Shown: positions 11,842-24,350 of the stretch, in pieces | Layout of the letters: each line of letters opens with the position of its first letter | Position numbering within the stretch: position 1 is the stretch's first letter | Source: Azolla caroliniana | Taxonomy: Eukaryota; Plantae; Polypodiophyta | Assembly: GCA_043228905.1 (NCBI GenBank) | Contig: JBHGNT010000053.1 | Location: 113,700 to 177,699 of the forward strand | Direction of reading: 5' to 3' | Length of the DNA stretch: 64,000 bases | The notes under the pieces: model-generated | The model's input: the letters and a program-made list of their open reading frames with translations, nothing else | Databases searched by the model: none | Told to the model about the DNA's origin: nothing | Position numbers and translations under genes: made by a program

Positions 11842-12469
11842 TGTAGGCAACAAGAACTTAAATGTTGAACGTCTGTTAAATTAATGGGTAAACCAATAAT
11901 GCTGATATTAACAAAACTTGTCTATTAAATGCAAAAAAGGGATCTATGAAAAGCTGACTACAGATGTAATCTGGCTACGGATTAAAATCGTTGAAAGCGC
12001 CCTCAACTAATGGTAAGCTATGTAGGAGACATGTGGGGTGTACATGAGAGAGATCTAAAAACTCTTACATGGGAGAGCTCACTCTAATCCTTTGGAAATC
12101 TGGAGCCTAGTAAAATTATTACTGTTTGCTGTTTTCCCCAATGGATCCAGAGAGAGTACTTTCAAAAAATTTAAGATTCCAGTCATCTTACATGCTGGAC
12201 ACATGAACACACACTGATTGTACTTGATGTTTAATAGAACTATGTGTGAGGGTTTATTGAGACTCAGGGTACACCCCCCATTATTGTGCCTATTCTCCAG
12301 ACATGAGACCCTTCCTTTACGATTAACTATTGCATTATCATCGGTTGCATAAAAACTTGGCATTATCATCTGTTTCTCAGGTTTCCTACATATACCATTT
12401 TCCCTTCATAGACCAAAACATTTAACTGTTGATCATTTCGTTAACTAAAACTTATTATGGTAAAAATTC

Positions 12470-14670
12470 AACTTCAAAGGAAAACGCTATATTGTTGTTT
12501 TGTGGACTTCAAGAAAGCCTTTGACACTATACCAGGGAGTGAGCTTGGGAAAAGAATGATAGAGATAAGAATGTCATTAGTGTATAGAGCAGTTGTAGCA
12601 CAATTGTATGAGCAAGTTGCCAATTGAAAATGGATAGTAGTTTCTCAAACTACTTTTTGAGCAAAATAGGGGTCAAAGCAAGGGTGTCCACTCTCTCCCA
12701 CACTCTTTGGTCTATGCATCGATATCCCACTAGTAACCTATATGAGCAAGTTAAGTGCAAATTGAAAGTAGATAGTGGTTTGTCAAACTACGTTTTGAGC
12801 ATCATGGGTATCAAGCAAGGGTATCCATTCTCTCTTACACTCTTTGGTCTATACATCGTTAAAATTGAAAAAATAGTAAAGTAAGGTTGCAAAAGAAAAA
12901 GAATCGGATGGCCTAAAACTCATACATGAGCTCTCCTATATGCTAATGATGTTTTTGTAAAGAACTAGAAGACAGAATGACAGTTTTCTGAAATATCTAA
13001 AGGTAGAGATATAGAAACTAAAACAATTATGGGGTTTAACACATAGGAGGGATTAAAGAAGTAGAAGTATTTTTACAAAATAAAAGCCTACCATTGAAAA
13101 AACATACAAGATAGGAGTGCACACACACATATATATATATGCGCTATCCAAGATACATAGAATATGCTTTTAGAAAAGGTGCTTTAAATGCTGATGGGAC
13201 AGCTAAGTCATGGCCTCATAAATACCTATTCTATGCTGAGTGGGAATCTTGTCCAAGTATCTCATTCAAAGTATAGAATATTCTTTTAGAAGTTGTAGTA
13301 CAGTTCTGAAAACGAGACTGTACAACTTTAACATAAAATAGAAAATATTAAATAATATAAAAACATTTTTCTAGTTTAGTTAGAGAAACCTAAAGGGCCC
13401 TTAATCCCAAGAGTTTTATTCCAATATACTTTGGATGATATGCAATACGTACTTGATGTATTTGGATACATTTTGTCAAATCAATGGACTATTGTTAATG
13501 ATGGCAATAAAGGTGATACAACTCAGACATTACCCCACTTTACATGCAAGAGAGAAGTTAGAACCAAAACAAGTGGTGCAAAGCATCAAATATCTATGTA
13601 TGCTATGACAAGTGTGCTGGAATGTATTAAAGTTCCATCGACAAATAGATAGAATGTATGCTATGAGTCTAGGCTTCAAGTGTGCTAGAATAGTTATTAT
13701 ATGTTTGAGAATCAATGCAACCAAAGTGATACTCGAAGATGGGAAGTGAGATAATGTTATTCAATGCTATGTTGGTCCAAATGTTGTGTTATGGAGTGAG
13801 AGTGTGAGGTGGCACTATCTCACTTAGTGCATGGAATGAACTAGATAAAATCCATAAATTATAACTTGACAAGCTATTAGAAACAAGTGATCTATAGAGG
13901 TACAAGCCATGCAAAGAGTATTCAAGTATATCACAAAAGCCAAGAATATGCCTGGCCATAAATTGCCAAAACAAGCTGGAACATAGGATGCAAGGTACAC
14001 AAACCAAGAAGAGCAAAATCTTCTTATCTAGTTGGATGCTTGACATGATGAAATGGTTTATGAGATGGGTAGTAAAAGATCTGTTGGTGCTCTCAAGTGA
14101 TGCTATGAAGCATGTGATCAGCACGGATAGATTACTAGAGGCAGTAAGGATGAAGTGGCAAGATGCTAAAATGTCGAAATTGGAATATTGCAAATATTAA
14201 CCCAATTTTGTCACCAATACAGGGTAAAAATGCCAGAATGTATCCTATCACATCTCACTATCCCCATGAGCCCAGAGAACATTAACACTCTTCAAACTTG
14301 CTCACACAAGTTAAGTGTTGATGTAGCATCATGGCATCCATCACCCAAATATGTAGATATGCAAGGTATGCAATAAAACCTGAGGAGGCTGAATCAGTTA
14401 CATACTTATCCCATGCTCAGTGTATAAGGTAATTCACGAGAAATATGATGACTTGTTAGACGGGTATGATAATGTAAGTCTCATACTCAAATGTCCATCA
14501 ACAATGTTGAGCATAAATATGCGTGCATTATTTTCACATCTAGAGTTTTTACTCCAACGTAATAACCCCCCTTCTTAGGAAGGAGTCACATACAACATGA
14601 TATGTTGATTTGATCCCATGGGCCATACGTCAAAATTCACTTCCTCATGGACAATAAAATATCTATTCTA
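12470..14670 (+). mobile_element. Decayed LINE reverse transcriptase and 3' end (also ~42051-44251)
   Basis: CCFVDFKKAFDTIPR, GIKQGYPFSLTLFGL (locally duplicated), YANDV-VLF. Many stops; ends in AATAAAATATCTATTCTATT. Confidence 0.75.
12956..13412. mobile_element. Solo-LTR-like insertion in the LINE YADD motif (also 42537-42993)
   Basis: TGTAAAGAACTAG...CCCAAGA flanked by 5-bp TSD GTTTT (12951-12955, 13413-13417). A related partial copy lies at ~18057-18230. Confidence 0.7.
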
Positions 14671-14820
14671 TTGCCTTAGTGGTACAACATGATTTTCCAT
14701 CCATGTGTACCACATTGTAGTTCATACACATTACCTCATCTCACTCATTTCAGTTGAAGAAAATATGAAGGATTAAATAGAATAAGTATAACAAAAAAGC
14801 CAAAGCCAAGGTAGTTCTAC

Positions 14821-17800
14821 CTGCTTGCGGAACCTGCTGATATTACGTTTTGTTGTCAAACTTGGATGAGCTCCTGTCTAACAAGTATTATAAAATATAT
14901 ATATTACCATATGTGCAAATGCTCATAATTGAACAAATGGCTTATATATCACAAACAATGACCTTTCATTTTACCTCAATTGCATATTGTTCAGCAGGTA
15001 ATCCAAAAGCATCCCAACCCATTCCCATTGGATGAAGAACATTAAACCCTTGCATGCGTTTGTACCTTGCAATAATATCAGTGGCTGTATAACCTTCAGG
15101 GTGTCCAACATGAAGACCTGATCCACTGTTAAACAGTCATGACCATGTAAATCATTAAGGGTTGATAAACCAAAACATAACATAATCAAACACCAGAGTA
15201 GAAAGAAAGAAAGAGTGTCCAACATGAAGACCTGCCCCATTATCGAACATTCATGACAATGCAAATCATCAAGCATTAATAAACTTAGATATCCCACACT
15301 AAACACCATAGTAGAAAGAAAGAAAGCTATATAACATATTTTAAGAGGCCAAAATAGTCTATAAACTGAACAGAAATCTTTGGGAACAAAATGTTTTCTC
15401 GTCTTTGGGAAAAACAAATCAAAATAATTATTGAGGAAACTGTTATGACAGTAGTAGGGTGCCAAAGAGCCTAGCACAAACAGAGAAAATTATACTAAAA
15501 AGCAACTATATTTCTTAGTGAGCCTCAAAGCCTTTAAATAGAGTGGGGTTTGTAACTGATACATTTATGAAAGGGGATAACATGTGCCTAGGAGCATAAT
15601 GAGTAAAAGTCGTAAAGTAGTGGGGAGAAAAAACAATGTAGTAAATGTTGTAATGAAGTACTGGCAGGATTAGAAAGTCAAATGAGATAATTGATGGAAT
15701 AAAGTGAATCTAGAGAGAGAAATGTGTAGTGTGCGTGTGTGCAGAAGGGAAAGATTAGTTCTAAGGCTGTCATCCTCCACCACCTCGGCTCCAGAATGGT
15801 GCTCCTAATTTGAGATGAATAAAGGGCTGATCAATTGTGTCCTTAGGAAGTGCCTTGTTAAAGAAGCCAGCCACATTGCCATAGATTACTTGCTATACCC
15901 AAGAAACTTGCATTTCTTACTCTTGGATTCAAATTTAGTAAGTGTAGTATCTGAAATATGAACATATTCATCAGATTCAAACACCCAAAGATGAGAAACT
16001 AAGAATTTGTGACCTGTAAATGCCTCTTCAAGGATCATTTCAGCAAGTGCCTTAGTAGGAGAATAGTTGATGATATAGACAGCTGTGTCGATAGCTTCAC
16101 CCAAAAATGGAGAGAAAGATCAGATTGAGACAACACTCTCACCATTTCTTAACTGTCTTGTTCTTCCTTTCTACTACTAATTTTGTTGTGGAGAATTGGG
16201 GACAGAAAACTGACAAGCAATACCTTGTTGCCAAGAAAAGATACTAACAGAACATGAAATAAATTCACCACCATTGTTAGCTCTGATTTTGTTAACCTTC
16301 TTGAAGGTCTTTGTTTCAACTAGAGACACCCATTCTTGAAACCTAGAGAGTGCTTCAAATTTGGTTGAAGGTATGTGAACTCAGACTAGCTCCAAAATGG
16401 ATGTGGCACAATAAGTTGCTTGAGAGAGAAATGGTTCTCAGTGGTGCTTCCCATGTGCACAAGCCACACATGAGGTATTGAAGAAATTTGAATGAGGAAG
16501 GCCATGCACCATTTGGGATGACGAGAGTCATAGTTGTGATGCCCAAAAGCAAGCACACAACAGCTACGGATCTTCTTGAGCTACTACGACATAACTTCAA
16601 TGCAGATGTTATAGTAGATGAGACTTGGAGGATGGTAATGAGCTGTTGGAGCCGTGACGGTGACACAAGTCCATTTCCTTTTTATCACTGGTGGAAATTT
16701 GTAGGTTGTTGATGTCATCTCCAACTTAAGAGTTATTCAGATTATACATTTTGTTGACTAGAAGGAAAATTCAAAATGCATTACCCATGGATGAAGCCTC
16801 AAGCACCAACAGTAGGTTAGATGAAAGACAAGGTACAGATAATACATTTTGAATCATAGTTGTTTGTTGACCAGAAAGAGAATTCAAAAATACATTACTC
16901 ATGTGTGAGGCCTCGGGACTTGAGGCATCTGCAATAGAAATGTGTGAGCTGTGAGGTCGAATATAACACAAGATAGACCTGTCAAGAGTCATATGACTTG
17001 TGCAAGCACTCTCCATAATCCAATGATCAAGAGAGGATACACTTCAGCTAGTCATAGGGGAAGAATTAAAGATGACACCCTAAGAAAGTTGTTTCTTTGG
17101 CAGTACATCTAGTGTTTGATCACAATACAAACCTAGGGTTGGTTGAGGATGGCTTTGTGGAATCATCCCTTTCATTTTCTAGCAATCAGGTTGGATGTGG
17201 ACTTAATTATCCCAATGGCGATAAGTAAGATCTTTATGGGCTGGATTGTTGGTTGGTTTTGAAGAAGATTTATTAATGTTAGGAGATGCATTCTATTTGC
17301 CTTTGCCTTTATAATAGAGAAGATGCTACCTGTATCCAACGTCTTTGCCAATTACAGTAGGAAGATATACACGAATACCTCTAGAAGAAAGAATTTGCCA
17401 ATTATGTCATCAAGGAGTGGAATCCGAAGCACGCTATGTTTGACACTGTAGTGTCTTTTATGAAATCAGAGGGAGATGCCATTGCCTCTTTAAACAAGGC
17501 TTTGGCCCGCTACGTAAGGTAATGGAATATTAGGACCAACGGTGCCTAGGTCTTTTCTTACTAGAACTCAAGAGACAGAGGGAAGCATTTGTAGTGTGAT
17601 AGGGTAGCTCAAGACTTCTTCAAATCAGTTAGAGATTGAGATAGGAAAATATGCATGCAAATCTATTGAAGAATAAATCTGCCAATTACGCCATTGGGAG
17701 TGAAATTGGAAAGCATTAAGTTAGTCATGGCTTTGGTTTTTAGTTTTAAAAAAAGGAGGGAGATACCATTGCCTTTTTAAACAAAGCTTTGACCCAGTAC

Positions 17801-18930
17801 AGAAGGTCAAGTGTGTTTAGGATTGTTCTCACAAGAATTCAAGAGACATAGTGAGAAGTTGTTGACGGACAACAACACAGCCACAACAGCTTATCGACGA
17901 AGGGCCATTACAGCTTGATTTTTCTCCATCACTCAATGCTACAAGTCAATCAGTTGGCTACACATGTGGAGTCTTGGCCAGGACACTTGAATGGGGTTAA
18001 ATAGATTGGGCAATAGCAAATTGTCTTGTCATCTAGGCCACAGCATCTATCACCTTTGTAAGAACTAGAAGATAGAACGAAAGTTTTCTGAAATACTTAA
18101 AGGCAAAGATATAGAAACCAAAAACAAATATGGGGTTTCACACATAGAAAAGATTAAAGAAAGCAGAAGCAGATCTGCAAAATAAAAGGCCACTACTTAA
18201 AAAGCAATGTACAAGGTAGAAGTGCCCCATCTGCTCTCAGCCTGACCCACATGAATTGACCAGTCTCATCTCTATGAAAAATGTGGGTCAGAGGTTCTAA
18301 CTCCTCTGTGAAAAGCAATGAAACTCCACTAGCCCAGTGATCCCCCCATATGTTGTCTGCAAGTGAGCTCCCATATGTATCCTATATCATTCTCGGAGGA
18401 GGATTACCCGATGCATCTCGACATAAGTTTACCAGAGATTTTGTTAGTGTGTCTAATTGGAGGGAATGAGGACTGAGTGTATACCTAGGATAGGGGAACA
18501 TGTCGAGGACATAGAATTTAGGCTTTGAAGTGTCGACGGTGTCAGGAGTGTGGAACGTCTGGTTGGCTTCCCAGAAATGTTGCCATTTCTGTTCGATGAC
18601 ATGGAAGGGATAAGCTTTTCTGAGAGGAAGCAATGGAGTAGTTGGGCCACTTTCGGCGTCAGTTGAGGAAGTGGCGATGCTACAGAAGAGAGTGCGGCTT
18701 GACGTCCTTCTTCTTCTCCCACCGAACTGCTGGAACAACAAGTTGCAGCTAGTTGTGGCCTTGCAAGGTCGTGAGAGGATATTGAGGCAGCAAAGGGGAC
18801 GCCTGAGGAGGAAAGAGGTGCAGCAGTTGAGGGAGGAGCTCAACATGCCGCCTTCCTGCAGGTGCTGCCAAGCTGGGATACTACTGCTCGCCATAGCCAT
18901 AGCCATAGCCATAGCCATAGCCATAGCCAT
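14821..18930 (-). pseudogene. Organellar leucyl-tRNA synthetase, exons 1-3 only, 3'-truncated, copy 1
   Basis: Exon 1 18930-18485 (transit peptide, [20 protein letters not shown]). Exon 2 15125-14975 ([17 protein letters not shown]...[19 protein letters not shown] motif). Exon 3 14877-14821 (TGAHPSLTTKRNISRFRKQ). Phases compatible; no further exon recognised. Confidence 0.88.
15830..17030 (-). mobile_element. Decayed Copia protease/integrase region in LeuRS intron 1 (also ~45411-46611)
   Basis: WIMESACTSHMT (protease-like) and GEAIDTAVYIINYSPTKAL...SKKCKFLGYS (integrase-like). Many stops. Confidence 0.75.
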
Positions 18931-18931
18931 A
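18890..18931 (-). repeat. (ATGGCT)7 microsatellite giving a (Met-Ala)n N-terminus on LeuRS
   Basis: GCCATA repeats on the + strand. Confidence 0.9.
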
Positions 18932-19240
18932 GCTGCTCACTCACTCGTGGACATTAATTCATTCATTATTCATATATCTATGTACATATATCATCATCAT
19001 CAAAATCATCATCATCATCTCTGTGTGGTCGGTCGGTCACGCAGACCAAAATACATGAACATACATATGTACATACATTCTTCATTTCTTTCTTATCTAT
19101 CTAGTATCTAGTCAAGGGAGTTATTAAGAAGTTTTACAAGAGAACCATTTCGAATGCAAGTGGGCGGGCAATCACACACAAGAATCAACCAAACTCGTTA
19201 GTGCGGCTCTTTTATTGACACAACTATCAATAATTATTGA

Positions 19241-19298
19241 CATAAAAGAGTTGATAGTTGTGTCAATAATTATTGACACAACTATCAACTCTTTTATG
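19241..19298. repeat. Perfect 58-bp spacerless palindrome (also 48822-48879)
   Basis: CATAAAAGAGTTGATAGTTGTGTCAATA-AT-TATTGACACAACTATCAACTCTTTTATG. Confidence 0.95.
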
Positions 19299-21358
19299 CA
19301 TGGACAACAATTGGGGCAACCACAAAGGAGTCCATCCATCTCCCCATAACAATAGAACATGATGGATGTCCTATGTTGGTGGTGATGCAACATCCACATC
19401 TAACAACACTTGTGATGCATTATCGACCTCGAGAGCTCACCAATGACACTTTGGAGGCAATTTTAGTAATGACAAATAGTGTTTCACTCTTTGCGCTCAT
19501 ATACAACACTACTACTAGCCCATCCAATGACAAAGCTTGGTATGCCCGATCGATAACATTTGCTCCAACTCTCCTTGCGTCAACTCCCAGATGACAAGAA
19601 ATCAAAGCTCAAGTTTATCATTTGGACACGAAACAGGTGTCTCCAAACTATCATCGTGATCCTCTCCAATAAGATCCTTTGAGGAAATCATGGTGTCCTT
19701 GATTTGGGGATGGTGACTATGTGAACAGACATTCAAACATATGGCAAACTAACCACTTGTTTCAATATCTTACTTGGGTGTTATACAAAAGCGCATCGTA
19801 TGCATGCATGTGTAGGTGGAAACTCGTTGACATTGTGGACTAGGAAATGGGTGGGATGATCCAATATATATCAAAGAATGCATAGCGCGTGGGGTGTTGG
19901 AACAAAGAATATGTGAATCAGTATCTTGGCTTGTGAGATTTCAAACCTCCAACGCCTATGTTAGAAACAAGATGCTTCAAATTATTGAGCAAGGAACGAT
20001 ATATAACGTAAAATAACAACCAAGCAAGCAAGGATACACAGGTATGAATGAATGTATGATTTATCTTGAGCTTTTTAAGATATATTGTGTGCCTATAAGA
20101 GATTTGTTGAAGTTGGGGAGATATTTACAAGGGACACAATTGCATGCGAAGGAATTTAAGGGGAGATTGTGGAACATTCAAAAGCTAAAACATGGTGGCG
20201 AATAATGTGTCTTGTTGAAAGGAAAGTAGGGCAAGACAATCAAAGTGTTATCATAAACTCAAAGTCACGAAGATACACATGGCAAACATTTGGTGTTTGG
20301 CAATGCCTCTTATTAAATTTTGAAGGTGAAACTCCATCATGGGTTGTCTCTAATTAGTAGAAGATATTCTCTTAAAAAATCATTTGCATTGGGTAGGAGA
20401 CATAGGAGTGAGAGGAAGTGAATTGTTGGAGGTGATTGTCAACGAAGTATGCCATGATCCACACAAAATGCCCAACCATGGGCATCACATCGAAAAGTTG
20501 ACTAGTTGAGAGTGAAGCACACCTTTGGTGAGCATTGTGAAAATCTTACCATGTTCATCTATGTGGAAGAGGATAGAAGTTGGGACTGGTGGATATGTAG
20601 CCAAGAGTCGGTTGAACAATTTATCAATGACGCAACCATCTAATTAAGGTTAACCCTCCAAGGTGGTTATTTATCGGGGGGCTTCAAAAGGAAGTTTTGA
20701 ACCTAATGAGCTTGACCCAACTCTAGGGACACAATTATCAATCAAGTTGTTGGTTGTCAACATACAACATTGGGTATAAGAGCATATCAATTTGTTGTTC
20801 AATGGAACTTCAAGGTAAAAGTGCGAGAGATGTGTGATGAGGGGTAGTTCAAAAAGCTCATGGTAATAAGCAAGAGGAACAACAAAATGTTTGTTGTTGT
20901 CCTCATTCCATTTTGTCCACATATTCCGGGAGTGTGCCATTGAGCTTGAACCAATAATTGGCCATAAAAACAATTGGCATTGAAGCTTTGGATGAATAAT
21001 TAGAGCTTGAGTTTCACAATGTGAAGATGAGGATGACAATTGTCGGTGGAGGGGTCCGTCAATGAGAGGAACGTCCTTAAGCAAAAAATTTACTAATGTA
21101 GGTTCCAAATGATGAAAAACAATGTGTTAGGCGTGATGCTTGCAAGTGGGGTTGTGGTTTGTGTCTTATTTGCAGAAATGGGTGTCAAGGACGTGTAATC
21201 TTGACTCACAACATGTGGGATGTTGAGTGAAATGAATATGAAGCCCTCCATAGAAAATACGATCTAGCCTTTTCTGTTATTAACCGTTCGGTTGTAGCAA
21301 GGAGTGCGGGCGACTTTGTGATATAGTAGATAATGTAATAGTCAAAGAAGATATTCTA

Positions 21359-21410
<52 letters not shown>

Positions 21411-21412
<2 letters not shown>

Positions 21413-21835
21413 CAAGAAGTTTTCATTAAAATGAAAGGAAAGACCTTATGCAGCAAACTAGTTTCGCTCGCTTAGACCTCATCAGTGCAAAAGGTCATGG
21501 AAATACAAATGGTGGTTTATATAGGATGTTGAGAATGGGGAAGGGAGGAGAAAGAGGGAAAGTATAATCATAGTGAGTGGGGTGTAATAAGAGTGTAAAT
21601 AGATGGAAGGCTGTAAGGATTTAAGGTGGAAGATCTTGATGATAGGGGGGGTGGTGATAAAGGGGGAAATGAGTTGGTGATAGGAAGATTGATAGGGTGA
21701 TAAGACAGATGAGTGAGTGGGATATGGTGATAAGGGGAAATGAATGAGTGATAGGGTATGTAATTATAAGTAAGTAAATATAAGATGGTGAGAAGGTGAA
21801 AATTAAGGAAGGGAATAAGAAGGGAAAGGAAGGAA
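21411..21835 (-). mobile_element. Probable Penelope-like element terminal region (pLTR) abutting (TC)n (also ~50995-51419)
   Basis: C-rich minus strand like the 3382-4365 fragment. Carries a hammerhead motif and ends at the microsatellite. Confidence 0.6.
21442..21496 (-). ncRNA. Minimal type-I hammerhead ribozyme, copy 1
   Basis: Minus strand GACCTTTTGCA-CTGATGA-GGTCTAAGCGAGC-GAAAC-TA-GTT-TGC-TGCATAAGGTC. Core CUGAUGA/GAAA, palindromic AAACTAGTTT in stem III, stem I GACCTTTTGCA/TGCATAAGGTC. Confidence 0.75.
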
Positions 21836-22665
21836 AATCGTGGCGGATCGGGGAGAGCTGGAAGCACAGGAAGCTGAGGAGTTGTTCGACCGACTAGGGG
21901 TAAAACTCTCCCTCACTACGGCTTACAATCCGGAGGCGAACGGGAAAGTGGAACGTGGTCACGGGTCTATCGTGAAGGCATTAGTACGTGCTTGTGAAGG
22001 GCAGGTCGGGAATTGGCCGCGGCTCCTCCCTTACGCACTATGGGCGGACCGAACTACGCACAGTTCGACTACGGGGTTCATGCCGACAAAACTGATGTAC
22101 GGGCAGAAGCCTATCATGTCGGTAGAGCGGACGATCTCTTCGTGGGCGGCGGTAGACTGGAAGGACGAGATAAGCCGGGAGGAGCTGTTGGCGGCGCCAA
22201 TTCGACAGCTCGAGCGGAGGCTAGAGGACGTACAGAGGGTGAAGGAGAAGCTGCGTGCGGCGAGGGAACGAAACAAGTTCCGGTTCAACCAGACGCACCG
22301 GCTACGACCCAAGAAGATCGAGGAAGGCGATTGGGTGCTGGTTTACGACAGCAGCCTCGATAACCAGCATAAGGCGAAGCGTAAATTTGCAAGGAGGTGG
22401 TTCGGGCCTTATACGGTGACGAGCGCGAACGGCAACGACACGTATCACCTCCCAGAACTCGACGGAACACGCTTAGCGGTGCTGGTGGCCGGGAAGCGGA
22501 TCAAGGCGTTCAAGAAGCGGAATGAAGATGAGCCGGAGCGAGGAGAGCGACGACGATCGGTTGGGGCCCGACGAAGAATCGGACAACGACGGATGACGAG
22601 CCGGCTTTCTCCCGTATCTACCTGCCTCTGGAGCAGACCGGTGGATGCGCGGTTTGATGGGGGTG
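21836..22665 (+). mobile_element. Gypsy/Ty3 integrase 3' fragment (also ~51420-52249)
   Basis: IVADRGE...TTAYNPEANGKVERGH...WADRTT...RWFGPYTV. GC-rich; a purine tract near 22655-22665. Confidence 0.88.
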
Positions 22666-23895
22666 GATTTCGGCACCGCCTTGACTCCCCTTGCTCGTGG
22701 AAGTCCCGGAAATGCTGTCGGCACGCTCATTGTGCCTTCGTTCCTGCTCTTGCCGGCCGCTTCCATTGCGTGCCGACCCACCTCTTCCCCCACGCCCACG
22801 GGGTCTATCAGCCTCCATGTACAGCATCCGACTGTCCGATTGAGTGGTCCGAGACTCACTCACGTGGTTTTCTTCGACCATCATCATCGATTGCAAGTCG
22901 AAGAAGGACGGTGGTTTCTCCCAGGTACAGATCGTTGTCCGCATCGGCCTGCACCTTTTCGCTAGACCACCAAGGCAGATTTGTACCATCTCGTGTTCAT
23001 CCACTGTCACGTTGATAGACCCGAGTGCGTCACAAATCTCTTTTACTTTGGTGGTATAGTCCGTGACCGACATGTCTCTCTGTCGGATGTTGTTCAGCTC
23101 TTGCCGGAGCTGCAACTTACGGGTTGTGGTACTTGCGGCGAAAACCTTACGCAGATTTTCCCAGGCTTCCTTCGGCGTCTTTGCATCCCTAATGTAGCCG
23201 AGCATCTGGTCATGCACAAAGGACGCGAGGCAGTACAGTACTCGGCTCGCTCCTTGCTCCCATACCCGAAAGTCCTTGTGTGCAGGTTCTGGCGCTACTT
23301 CATTCGTTCCTTCCACAAAACTCCAATACCCATGCCCCAGTAGGTACTGATGCATTTTGTATGACCAGGACGCGTAGTTGGTCCGGTCGAGTTTCTCTGT
23401 GGGAATCGAACTTGCCATAACTCTGTCCATGTCTTTTTCTGTCTACTGTTCTTACGACCTGTTAGGGTTTGCTCTTCGAAAGTAAATGTCGATTGCAGAG
23501 GTTCTCAACCCTCTCGATCTAATACCATGTAGAAGATCACTTGCGGAAGCGATAGAAAGAACAGAGAAAATAGAAGATACATAGAGTGAGAGAGTACACG
23601 GGAGAGACAGAGAGAGCAGAACGTAAAACTATATTCAAAATTATATCAACACTCTGTACATACAACACGCTCATCAACGCTATTTATACAAGTCCTCATG
23701 GGACTGACAGAAGTACCGTGTACTTCAATGCTCACACGAGCATCTAACACTCACTCCAAGACAATAACTACCTAGTAATACCGTAGATTACTAGGCTTCC
23801 GGTTACTGATGGATCCGGTTAACCGGCTCCCATGCTTATCGGCTTTTTGCTCACCGGCATACGAATCCGGCTCCGGTTGAGCTTGCCGCTCAACA
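22666..23895 (-). mobile_element. Copia 5' half: LTR 23528-23895, PBS, gag, truncated (also ~52250-53479)
   Basis: LTR TG...CA, PBS TGGTATTAGATC (tRNA-Met-like), and gag EKLDRTNYASWSYKM...TPKEAWENL...LRQELNNIRQ. Confidence 0.9.
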
Positions 23896-24350
23896 ATTTC
23901 CTCGTAAACAGGATCCAGTTCTTCTGTTTTCATGTTTACTTCTTCTTAAGAAAGACCTGATTCTTCTGTCTTCCAATGACGTTGATTTGTAAAGACATTT
24001 ATCCTGATTTAGAAGCTACCTAGATTCAAAGTTCAAACTTTGATTTCTGGAATGTTTGTTTGAAAGACAACAGGTTATTTTGCCATTTACTCACGTTTTT
24101 TGTTTCTGGAACAACGTTTTAGTAAGTTAAATCATCTTGACAAATTGCAAGTATATAAGGGTGAATGGAACTCTATTTCCGATTTCCTTTCAAAGTATTT
24201 AGTGGTATTGCAAGCTAAATCAATCTTTTTCTCTTTCCCTTTGTTTTATGTTTAGATTTGGGCATGCTACTTCCGACCAACTGCTTCATGCAACTAGCTT
24301 TCTTGCATTATTGGTTGTGGTGAACAATACCATCAGATATCCATAATGTA

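Noticed and set aside
19330-21360. Decayed repeat-like region
   Set aside because: Probably TE-derived, but no motif could be assigned with confidence.
21840-23015. 391-aa ORF as one novel protein
   Set aside because: It is Gypsy integrase reading through into antisense Copia gag.
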